Virus record (IMG/VR): IMGVR_UViG_3300044513_002984
Coordinates: 1 to 26,788 of that record
DNA from: a virus
Taxonomy: Duplodnaviria > Caudoviricetes
DNA length: 26,788 bases
Strand: one strand, 5' to 3'
Shown: piece after piece, positions 17,475 through 25,478 of the stretch
Layout: every line of letters starts with the position of its first letter
Numbering within the stretch: the first letter of the stretch is position 1
Position numbers and translations under genes: made by a program
The notes under the pieces: generated by a model
Seen by the model: only the letters and a program-made list of their open reading frames with translations
Told to the model about the DNA's origin: nothing
Databases searched by the model: none

Positions 17475-17977
17475 TTTCCCCGCTGACCTAAGAGGCTCAT
17501 CCGTTGGATGTGTTGCACTAGCTCAGTAATGACCTGAAGCCTATGAGAGTCAGGTTTGATCAGGTCAAGCTTCCCCTCAGCTGGCTCACCATCAATGCTG
17601 ATGAGCGCCACCTTGACCATCTCCACAAAGACCCTGTTGAGGTAAGCTTGATATGAGGCGAGCGCCTCACGCTCATCCTCAGCGAGCTCATGATGCCATC
17701 TCGCCTTAGCCCTCTGCTCATCAGGAGCCTCAAGCCACAGGAGGCGCCCAAGCTCAGAGCGGGTGTAAGCGCCCGCCTTGACCTCAGCTGTCTCCCTGTC
17801 ACTAGGTGAGAGCGCCTTGAGGGTGAACACAGTAGCGCCCTCGCTCCCTCCAAGGTCTGAAGGTTCACCGCTCAACATGTAGGCGCTCACCTGCTCAGGA
17901 GTAGCCTCCACAGCAGGGTCACAAGTTACCACCACGTCAAGGGTGAGGTCAGAGTCTGGGAGGAATGAGAGCGCCAT
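17471..17977 (-). CDS. tail assembly chaperone (gpG-like)
   Basis: 168 aa between tail tube and TMP; 'VFTLKALS' motif; ends in the slippery site. Confidence 0.75.
   Translation of the reverse strand: MALSFLPDSDLTLDVVVTCDPAVEATPEQVSAYMLSGEPSDLGGSEGATVFTLKALSPSDRETAEVKAGAYTRSELGRLLWLEAPDEQRAKARWHHELAEDEREALASYQAYLNRVFVEMVKVALISIDGEPAEGKLDLIKPDSHRLQVITELVQHIQRMSLLGQRGK
17474..17480 (-). promoter_or_regulatory. programmed -1 ribosomal frameshift heptamer G GGA AAA
   Basis: Minus strand reads CAG CGG GGA AAA TAG: an XXXYYYZ heptamer immediately before the chaperone stop, analogous to lambda G/GT GGGAAAG. Confidence 0.8.
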
Positions 17978-17982
17978 GTGTT

Positions 17983-19284
17983 TTAACCTTTGCCTAGTGC
18001 AAGCCTAAAGGGACTATTCCAAGCCTCATATGAGCCGTCATCAATGTCACCACCAAAGCGTGACGCCTTATAGGTGAGTTGCTGTCTGACGATGTCATTC
18101 CCGCTTGGGTCATATTTGGAGGGGTCCACAGTAAGGTAAGCCGCAGGGATTTGAAAGGCTCCACCCTGACCATTAGCCAATGGACCAAAGCCCACTAACA
18201 CCTGACGTAGCGTTCTATTGAAGAAGTCATCATTGATGGTGGTGTTGACGTTGCTCAAGGTGAGCGTGAGCTCTACGTCAACATCAGTCACCTCCATGTC
18301 ACTCATGGCCAGGATGCTGTTAGAGTGACCCTTTGGCGTGAGGGTGTTGGTGACTGTGAGGGTGAAGTCATCCACATCAAGGGCGATACGTCCCAAGGTG
18401 TCACCTGTTGAGGCGTCAGTCAGGGAGGTGGGCGACCCGCTTGAGATGACAGCATAGGAGCCACGGAAGAAGCAGGGCGCTCCGCTGTTGTAGCTTGGCT
18501 CGACAGGTCCAACCGCTGAAGCGTGATCATCTTGAATGAGCGCCGCTTGATAGGTGAGGTCAGCCATAACGCGCCCATTGTCTAGGCTCAGAGTCATACT
18601 CTCAAGTCGGCAGCCATAAGCGTATGAGCGGAAGTTGACCCCATCCACACGGAAGCTCAGGGAGTAGCGCGTTGAGCCAAGCTGAGCGGTCTGTTGTGGC
18701 GCGTACCATGTCTGTAGTAGCTGAGCGGTTGGCGTACCTGTGAAGCCAGAGCTGAAAGCAGGGCTCACAGTCACATCACCCGTCACGTCTGTATCAGTTA
18801 CAGCGCTGTACTCAGCGCGCCCATTGATGTCTACACCAATCAAGCCACCAGCGATGTAGTTTGAGCCTGTGGTGGGCGTGAAGGTGTTGACGTCTGAGAT
18901 GGCGGTGATTGAGTCTGTCCCTGTGTTGGTATAAGCAGACTTGAATCCACCAGCTAAGAGCTGACCAAGATAGTTGGCCTCATAGTTGGTGGTGGAGCTC
19001 CCCACAGTGGTGAGGTCAAGCCTGAGGGTGACTTGACCTGTTCGACGTCGAACACGCGACCCACCAGACCACACTGTGTCAGGCTCAGGAGCGAGCCCAT
19101 AGGTACCATCACGCGCGTCATTACGCTCGCTGACCACAGGGTCACCATAAACGATGATAGGGTCACGCTCACATGGGATTGAGGTGAAGGATAGGCCACT
19201 GTTGTCAGGGAGGCCTGTGGTTGAGCTGAGTGAGCCAAAGGAGCTCTCAACAGCCACGCTTAAACTTCTGTGGGTCACGCTCAT
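17983..19284 (-). CDS. major tail tube protein
   Basis: N-terminal 'SLSVAVESSFG', 'YGCRLESMTLSL', 'DDFTLTVTNTL' and 'FQIPAA' resemble phage tail tube families; position before chaperone/TMP. Confidence 0.75.
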   Translation of the reverse strand: MSVTHRSLSVAVESSFGSLSSTTGLPDNSGLSFTSIPCERDPIIVYGDPVVSERNDARDGTYGLAPEPDTVWSGGSRVRRRTGQVTLRLDLTTVGSSTTNYEANYLGQLLAGGFKSAYTNTGTDSITAISDVNTFTPTTGSNYIAGGLIGVDINGRAEYSAVTDTDVTGDVTVSPAFSSGFTGTPTAQLLQTWYAPQQTAQLGSTRYSLSFRVDGVNFRSYAYGCRLESMTLSLDNGRVMADLTYQAALIQDDHASAVGPVEPSYNSGAPCFFRGSYAVISSGSPTSLTDASTGDTLGRIALDVDDFTLTVTNTLTPKGHSNSILAMSDMEVTDVDVELTLTLSNVNTTINDDFFNRTLRQVLVGFGPLANGQGGAFQIPAAYLTVDPSKYDPSGNDIVRQQLTYKASRFGGDIDDGSYEAWNSPFRLALGKG

Positions 19285-19742
19285 AGCGCCTCCAAATAAA
19301 GCAGGTCAAAGGGGAAGGTTAAGACCAAGGCCATGACCTCAGAGGTGGGGTCAAGGATTGGCTCTGTGGTTGGCTCACCAGGTATCAGGGAGATGATACC
19401 TGTTGAGGCTAGATTATACTGTGGGCCTTTGAGGGTGACCATGAGCGCGGCTGCGTCCTCAGCTATCATCCTCTCCATAAAGTGGAGCTCACCAATATCA
19501 TAGCGCACCCTCAGATTAACTGTGGCGCGCCTACGTCCACTGATGCCAGCCTCACCATCATCAATAGCGAACGTCTCAAGCCTGAGCTCGAAGAAGCGCG
19601 TGGTGTGCTGATGAGCCTCAAGGGGTCCCACGCGCCCTGAGCTGTTGATAGACACAAAGCCGTGATGTGAGTCTGTCTTGGGGAGGGTGGCCTCAATCTG
19701 GCCCTCTAAATAATCGAGCGCTGAATAGATACCTTGGCTCAT
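19281..19742 (-). CDS. putative tail terminator/completion protein
   Basis: 153 aa immediately upstream of the tube gene; size and position typical. Confidence 0.55.
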   Translation of the reverse strand: MSQGIYSALDYLEGQIEATLPKTDSHHGFVSINSSGRVGPLEAHQHTTRFFELRLETFAIDDGEAGISGRRRATVNLRVRYDIGELHFMERMIAEDAAALMVTLKGPQYNLASTGIISLIPGEPTTEPILDPTSEVMALVLTFPFDLLYLEAL

Positions 19743-20254
19743 TTGCTCCCCCTCTTGATCTTCTTTGTGATCTCAGCTTGTACCGCTGAGACTAGCACAT
19801 TGACATCTCTGGGAGATAGACCAAGAAACTCACGCTCAGCGTTGACTTTGTACCCATAGCCTCTGACCTCCTGAGTGAGGCCAATGATAAAGAAGCTATC
19901 TGTGGCTTGAAGCACCATGAGGTTATTGAGAAGCGCCCCGCTGAGGGTGAGGTCCACTAAGGCGCTCGAGCCCACAAAGTGCTCTCTGCTCTCACTCTTG
20001 TACTCACGATACCCGCCCTCATAATAAACTGAGCGACCTGAGCGTGATACCCTCCCACCCTTAGGCTTTAGCCTTGCCCCTCGATATGGAACATAGATGG
20101 GGTTAGTTGAGTAAGGCTGAAAAGGTCTACCATCAGCATCCACCCCCCTGGTGGTCCTCAGCTTGATGGCCGCCAAGGTATTCTGCGCCAAGCGCGCGCT
20201 ATCCTTAGCAGTCCACAGCGAGGTGGGGAGGTTGAGCCTGACCTTGGCGGTCAT
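19739..20254 (-). CDS. virion morphogenesis / neck protein (Mu gpG/HK97 gp10-like)
   Basis: 'RTTRGVDADGRPFQPYS', 'VDLTLSGALLNNL' and 'REFLGLS' motifs. Confidence 0.7.
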   Translation of the reverse strand: MTAKVRLNLPTSLWTAKDSARLAQNTLAAIKLRTTRGVDADGRPFQPYSTNPIYVPYRGARLKPKGGRVSRSGRSVYYEGGYREYKSESREHFVGSSALVDLTLSGALLNNLMVLQATDSFFIIGLTQEVRGYGYKVNAEREFLGLSPRDVNVLVSAVQAEITKKIKRGSK

Positions 20255-20255
20255 G

Positions 20256-21203
20256 TTAGTGCCTCATCCCACGCGTGGGTGTGAAGGTGGCATCATAGGC
20301 TGTCTTGGAGTAGGAGCTCCATGAGGCTCTGAGGTCGCGCGCGCTCCCTCCCTTCTTAGCCACATCTAGCTCATTATCATCCACCACGTTGTCCCCATCG
20401 CGGTCTAAGGCCAATGATCTCAAGCTAATATCCATGAGCTCCTGACAGCGCTGACGCATGAGGTTGGCGTTATCAAGCTGGTTGACCATCTCATACACCC
20501 GCGCCGCTGTGCAGTAGGCGTGAGCGTTGAGGAATGAGCCAGCGTTGAACACCTCATCTTCTGTGACCTCTGGCTCATCTTTCAGATGATCTCTGACCAC
20601 CAAGACCACCTCAGCCAAGGCCGCCTCAATCTGAGCCTGAAAAGAGCTCTGACGGCGTGGGAGCATGTCAGCTAGTTGAGGGAATTGGCCCACAAGCTCA
20701 TCATGGCTCAGCCCTGTATCAAATGGGCGTGGTGTGACCTTGAGAAGCCCCTTCTCAAGCTTGGTCTGTGTCTGCTGTCCCATGTCGAGCGTATAACTGA
20801 CCTGAATGGGATAATAGCCTGATGTGTTGGTGATAACTGAGGGGATGGTCCCATAGTGCATCCCAAAGACGAGCTCAGCCGTCTCACTCATGTCTACCTC
20901 ACGAGGTAGAGGCTCAGCGAGGATGGCCGTGGTCCCCACCATCCTCACCACAGTAACGCTGTAGATGCTGTCACCATCAGTCACAAGGTAAGCCTTGAGC
21001 TGATCAGCTTGGAGCGCTGTAGCTTGGCTATCTACTGTGAGCGTTCGCCTATCGTTGGCGATAGCTGAGACTGTGGCATTGGCGCGTGTCTGAGTGAGGG
21101 TGACAGGTGTGGAGCTCCCCACAGTCATCACAGCTGACCCGCTTAGAGGACCAGGGGCCACCCACTCATAAACTCTTGTCTGACCTGTTACAGTCTTAAT
21201 CAT
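20256..21203 (-). CDS. head-tail adaptor-like protein with N-terminal beta-rich extension
   Basis: Likely start ATG 21203 (ATGA overlap, GGAGG SD); C-terminal ~150 aa helical and adaptor-like; N-terminal half Thr/Val-rich. Confidence 0.55.
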   Translation of the reverse strand: MIKTVTGQTRVYEWVAPGPLSGSAVMTVGSSTPVTLTQTRANATVSAIANDRRTLTVDSQATALQADQLKAYLVTDGDSIYSVTVVRMVGTTAILAEPLPREVDMSETAELVFGMHYGTIPSVITNTSGYYPIQVSYTLDMGQQTQTKLEKGLLKVTPRPFDTGLSHDELVGQFPQLADMLPRRQSSFQAQIEAALAEVVLVVRDHLKDEPEVTEDEVFNAGSFLNAHAYCTAARVYEMVNQLDNANLMRQRCQELMDISLRSLALDRDGDNVVDDNELDVAKKGGSARDLRASWSSYSKTAYDATFTPTRGMRH

Positions 21204-22111
21204 CGCGCGCCTCCTGCGTTTGCTTTGGCTATATCCTGAGCCGTGGCCTTCTGAAGCCCCGCCGCTTCCATGAAGGTGTCTGTGATGGGTGACCAGCTGT
21301 GTCTGCAATTATAACCGCCACCGCTAATTTTAACAGGCATCCCCTGACCATTGTCTAGCTTCCTCATCTGCTTCTCATCTACCACCTTGTTAATGAGTGG
21401 ACGACAGAAGGAGCGGGTGATGCCATCGCGTGGGCCTGTGTAGAGGTAGAGGTCAAGGTCATACGCTTCAGCCGCTTTAGCTGTGACTGTGCGCCCATAG
21501 TTATTGAGCTGAGTCCTAGCCTGTGTGAGCTGTGTCCCTGTGCTCTGCTCAAGGCGCTGATTCAGCGCGTCAATGGCTTGGCTCATGGGGACGTTTACAG
21601 TCATTCCTTGGAGAGCGCTCCTCACAGCTGTGAGGGTGTCAGGAAGGATGACATCTTGAAAGACCTGATCAGCGGTTGCAATCTGCAAAGCTTCAAGGTC
21701 AGGAACATCAGAGGGACTAGCCCCTGAGATAATCACTTGGAGGGTGTCAATAGCCACCTCAGTGATTGCTTCTTGAGCTGTGATAAAGTCCTCAACCGCC
21801 AACCCCATCCCGCTCCTGAGTATGAAGTCAAGGAGCTGGTCCCTTGGTAGGGCTAGGAGTTGGTCAGCTGACGTGAGCTCAACGGCGGTCTGTAGGTTGG
21901 CCACCGTCTCACGCTGAGCCCGCTTCAGGTCTTTCCTGAATTGGTCCTCAGCCTTGATCAGAGCTTGCAGGCTCTTGATCTTCGCTTTGACGATCTGCCC
22001 ATATGGTCCTTTTAAATCACGAAGCTGAGCCGTCAGGTCATCAAGCGCCTTTTGATCAGCGCTCGGACCTTCAGCCAATGCTACATGAGAGCGACCACAT
22101 GAGCAGACCAC
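21200..22111 (-). CDS. minor head / head morphogenesis protein (SPP1 gp7/Mu gpF-like)
   Basis: 'YLYTGPRDGITRSFCR' and 'GGGYNCRHSW' C-terminal Cys/His motif. Confidence 0.75.
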   Translation of the reverse strand: MVCSCGRSHVALAEGPSADQKALDDLTAQLRDLKGPYGQIVKAKIKSLQALIKAEDQFRKDLKRAQRETVANLQTAVELTSADQLLALPRDQLLDFILRSGMGLAVEDFITAQEAITEVAIDTLQVIISGASPSDVPDLEALQIATADQVFQDVILPDTLTAVRSALQGMTVNVPMSQAIDALNQRLEQSTGTQLTQARTQLNNYGRTVTAKAAEAYDLDLYLYTGPRDGITRSFCRPLINKVVDEKQMRKLDNGQGMPVKISGGGYNCRHSWSPITDTFMEAAGLQKATAQDIAKANAGGAR

Positions 22112-22120
22112 GCCACCCTC

Positions 22121-23122
22121 TTAGAGGCAGTCCGTGAGGACGAAGCCAAGGTCACCATCTACGACCTTGAAGAGATGGCTCATGTCAGCCCAGACGTTAC
22201 GAGCGGTGAGGTCAAGCTTGTCATATTGACCCGCCTTCATCGCCTCGAACTCAAGGTTAACTGCGGCCACAGGCATCATTCGGACACCATTACGGCTCTG
22301 GATGCTGTCTGAGCCGTGGAGGATACCCATGAAGATGCTGTCACCTGTCCAGATGTAGCTCTCTGAGCTTGCAGCGCCAGGAATAGCTGTGTCACGGCGA
22401 GCCGCGCCAACGTGAATGTTGGGGATACCAAGAATATCACGGAGGACGCTGATGACCGCCTCATCAGAGAGGAGGAGTGAGCCACCGCCAGCCACACCCT
22501 GTGAGCTGTCACCAAAGTAGCCACGGAGCTCCCCTGAGCGTGCAAGGCTACGGAACACCTCACGACCCAAGACAAGCGTGTCAGCGTTGAGGCCATGAGC
22601 GTTCTCAAACACTGTGTCCTTGAGCTGATGGAGGTAGCTCAGAGGCTCAGCGCCCGCCACGTCAAACTTACCGCCAAACTGAGCTGTTGAGGTTGCGGTG
22701 TTGAAGTTGGAGCCGTCAAAGAGGACGTCAGCGGCGCGCTTCTCTTTAGCGAGCTTCATGACGCGAGCGACCTTCTTGACAATGCGCGCCTCCTCAGAAC
22801 CTGGGTACTGAGAATCAACAATGTCCTCCATCGCGATGGAGTCCTCTGCGCTGTAGATGTCACACTTGTAATTGAGGCTTGAGCGATCAAAGCCACCAAT
22901 GCGTGAGCGTGAAGCGCCAGGAGCGCGCTCGAGGTCAAGCCCTGCACCCGCGCCCATGAAGTTGCGGCTGTTCTCGAGGAGGAGAGTCCCTGAGCGCTGT
23001 GGAACCTTGACGTTCTCACAGACCTTATCAGCGATGAGTTGATTGTCTGAAGGGACCGCCTCAGCGACTAGGCTAGAGAGGATCTCGTCAACAGGGTGGA
23101 TATTACGATATGAGCTAGCCAT
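22121..23122 (-). CDS. major capsid protein (HK97 fold)
   Basis: 333 aa; 'HPVDEILSSL...LIADKVCENVKV', 'LAKEKRAAD' and 'NADTLVLG' motifs; GGAGGTG SD; follows the cement gene. Confidence 0.85.
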   Translation of the reverse strand: MASSYRNIHPVDEILSSLVAEAVPSDNQLIADKVCENVKVPQRSGTLLLENSRNFMGAGAGLDLERAPGASRSRIGGFDRSSLNYKCDIYSAEDSIAMEDIVDSQYPGSEEARIVKKVARVMKLAKEKRAADVLFDGSNFNTATSTAQFGGKFDVAGAEPLSYLHQLKDTVFENAHGLNADTLVLGREVFRSLARSGELRGYFGDSSQGVAGGGSLLLSDEAVISVLRDILGIPNIHVGAARRDTAIPGAASSESYIWTGDSIFMGILHGSDSIQSRNGVRMMPVAAVNLEFEAMKAGQYDKLDLTARNVWADMSHLFKVVDGDLGFVLTDCL

Positions 23123-23138
23123 TGTGGATCACCTCCAA

Positions 23139-23516
23139 TTAAGCGAGAGGAGCAAGGCCACGGCTGAAGCAGATGACAATCTGCTCATTAGCTGAGGCGC
23201 TGGTCTGGTTGATGTTGGGGAGCGTGAAGCCCACAGGATAGTGGGTAGACGCGGCGGCCTGAACCTCACCGTCTGTGGTGACAGAGAGGACGGTGTTAGA
23301 GGTGAGGGTGAGGCTTCCATTGGCGATGACGCGAGTCTCACCGAAGATGACAACATCAACAGGGTCACCTGCCTCAGCGCCACGCTGAGCCACGCCAATG
23401 ATGGTGTTGGCGGTTGGGTCGGTTGCGATTGCGACCTTGCCAGCGCTGTCAATCGCGACAAGCGCGAACTCTGTGACAGCTGAGGCACAAATAAAGGACT
23501 TAATGATCTGGTTCAT
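23139..23516 (-). CDS. capsid cement/decoration protein (DUF2190-like)
   Basis: 125 aa; 'IIGVAQRGAEAGDPVDVVIFG' motif; AAGGAG SD; between scaffold and capsid genes. Confidence 0.75.
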   Translation of the reverse strand: MNQIIKSFICASAVTEFALVAIDSAGKVAIATDPTANTIIGVAQRGAEAGDPVDVVIFGETRVIANGSLTLTSNTVLSVTTDGEVQAAASTHYPVGFTLPNINQTSASANEQIVICFSRGLAPLA

Positions 23517-23528
23517 AGTGATAACTCC

Positions 23529-24188
23529 TTAGCTGAACACAGAGTTGTATTGATCGGGGTTTTGCTCACGGAACAAGTTGAGAGCCTCTGAGAAGTTGAG
23601 CCCCTTCTCAGTAGCGAGCGCCTTGACCTTCTCAGCGAGGGTGGCCTTGTTGAGCTCCTCACCTGAAGCGCCATGGCCAATCTCATTAAGAGGGACCGCG
23701 CTTGAAGCTGGGCGCTCGCTGAACATGGTCCAAAACTCAGGCATGGTGTCACGGACGTCCCACGCGCGCTGAGCTGCGCCTTCCTCAGCTGGGCTAACCT
23801 TGCCCTCACGGAGAAGGGCGCTGACAGCCTCACGGCGCTCAACGTCACGCTTCTCAGCCTCGATGACCTCTAGGCGCTCGCTGAGTTTGGTGTTCTGAGC
23901 GCGTAGCGCCATGACCTCAGCGAGGAGGTTAGGCTCCGCCTTCTCAGAGAGCGTGGCTGGCTCGCTCATCTTCTTGGCCTTCTCGTCCTCAGGCTTCTCA
24001 GCCATCTCCTCAGGCTTGTCATCCTCAGAGGGCTTCTCAGCCATCTCCTCAGACTCATACTCGCCAACCAGGGAAGCCTCAGCCTCCTCTGTGAGGTCTT
24101 TCATTTTCTGCTCTAGCTCTTTGACCATCGCGTCCTTAGCGGCGAGCGCGGCCTTGAGCTCATCTACGGACATATTCTCAAAGTCCAT
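23529..24188 (-). CDS. putative in-frame embedded scaffolding protein (Mu gpZ-like, 219 aa)
   Basis: Minus strand ...CAGGAGCAACTAATG GAC TTT: an AGGAG SD 6 nt before an in-frame ATG at the boundary of the coiled-coil region. Confidence 0.6.
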   Translation of the reverse strand: MDFENMSVDELKAALAAKDAMVKELEQKMKDLTEEAEASLVGEYESEEMAEKPSEDDKPEEMAEKPEDEKAKKMSEPATLSEKAEPNLLAEVMALRAQNTKLSERLEVIEAEKRDVERREAVSALLREGKVSPAEEGAAQRAWDVRDTMPEFWTMFSERPASSAVPLNEIGHGASGEELNKATLAEKVKALATEKGLNFSEALNLFREQNPDQYNSVFS

Positions 24189-25478
24189 TAGTTGCTCCTG
24201 TTCGCTTAAAGTGACCCGATCAATCTTGGAATGAGACTGAGCAGGGCGTGGGGTTAGGGTGACAGCGAGGAGCTGAGCATCGCCCACCTTCTCACCACCA
24301 TCACGAGTGAAGATTTCACCATGTAGATATTCAGGGGAGCTCCACAGAACCCCACCTGCGTCTTGAACGACCTTAAGACCACGCTCGTTATAAGCGGGGA
24401 TGGCATATAGCCCATCTTGCCTAAGCTCAAGCTCAACGATCATCCCAAGGGCGTTCCCGCTCTCAGGTGGCGCGGGCGTCCCACCTTGGAAGGGTGAGGT
24501 GGCATGTTGCCAATCAATGATGACAGGGTCAGCGTCACGGCGCTCACGATAGACCCTAACCATCTCCTCAAGGAGCTCCTTGGAGATTGGAGCGCCAATG
24601 GCCTCACCACTCATCCGTGAGCTCACTTGACCAAGCGCCAAGGTCTTGAAGGGCTTACCAATGGTCAGACCCTCAGGGACATCATAAGAGGGAACAGCGC
24701 TGAGCTGTACAGCCTCGCCATAAGCCCTCAAGGTTGCTTTCTTGTCTGCGGCGTTCATTTGGTTCACCACCTTTCGCGCCCATGAATAGCCAGCGTCTCC
24801 ACCCCATCCGTCCCACGCTTGGCGGCCTTTGCCGTAGCTCTCCCAAGTAGAGCCTTCCTTGTCGATCTCATGGCGGGTGAAGTAAGCCAACATGCGCCTG
24901 ACTGTTTCAGGGCTGAGGTTCTTACCAGCTATGAGGTCACGAGCGCGGGCGATACCTACAGGGGTCATCCCCCTCTGACTCTGTGGCTTCTGTGCTCGCC
25001 TCCTAAGCGCGCGCTCAGCTGCCTTCTTGGCTCCCTCAGGTGGCTTGAAGTCAATGTGACTATACTTCTGAGGTGCCATGAGCTCAGCCTTGGCCTCAGT
25101 CTTTTGAGGGTGGCCACTAGGTAGCAAGTCAAGGTCACCTGTGTAAGCTTCCTTACGTTGACCTGTACCCACTAGCTTGAGGAAGGCTTTGACCCTGCCG
25201 TAAGCCCATTGATTCCTAGTCATCCCTGGGCGATGGCTAACACTAAAAGCACCCGCGCCACGCCTGAACACAGCTTTGAGTGAGCCTAGATCAACCTTCT
25301 TGGACTTGGCTTTATAGCGGTCATTGTGCTTGTCCACCATGCCCTGAAGCGCGCGCGCCACGCTCTCACTGATCTCAATCCCACCACGCTTGCCTGAGGC
25401 TGAGCCCTTAGGGTTGGTTGAGGAGCCCTTGACCCTATCTGAGGGAGGCGCTGGCGTTTGGGCTTTGGTCCTAGCCAT
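23529..25478 (-). CDS. Mu gpI-like prohead protease/scaffold with two additional N-terminal modules
   Basis: Likely start ATG 25478 (AGGAGG SD, overlaps the portal stop). Protease motifs 'PVIIDWQHAT', 'WSSPEY' and 'LLAVTLTPRPA'; acidic coiled-coil C-terminus. Confidence 0.8.
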   Translation of the reverse strand: MARTKAQTPAPPSDRVKGSSTNPKGSASGKRGGIEISESVARALQGMVDKHNDRYKAKSKKVDLGSLKAVFRRGAGAFSVSHRPGMTRNQWAYGRVKAFLKLVGTGQRKEAYTGDLDLLPSGHPQKTEAKAELMAPQKYSHIDFKPPEGAKKAAERALRRRAQKPQSQRGMTPVGIARARDLIAGKNLSPETVRRMLAYFTRHEIDKEGSTWESYGKGRQAWDGWGGDAGYSWARKVVNQMNAADKKATLRAYGEAVQLSAVPSYDVPEGLTIGKPFKTLALGQVSSRMSGEAIGAPISKELLEEMVRVYRERRDADPVIIDWQHATSPFQGGTPAPPESGNALGMIVELELRQDGLYAIPAYNERGLKVVQDAGGVLWSSPEYLHGEIFTRDGGEKVGDAQLLAVTLTPRPAQSHSKIDRVTLSEQEQLMDFENMSVDELKAALAAKDAMVKELEQKMKDLTEEAEASLVGEYESEEMAEKPSEDDKPEEMAEKPEDEKAKKMSEPATLSEKAEPNLLAEVMALRAQNTKLSERLEVIEAEKRDVERREAVSALLREGKVSPAEEGAAQRAWDVRDTMPEFWTMFSERPASSAVPLNEIGHGASGEELNKATLAEKVKALATEKGLNFSEALNLFREQNPDQYNSVFS

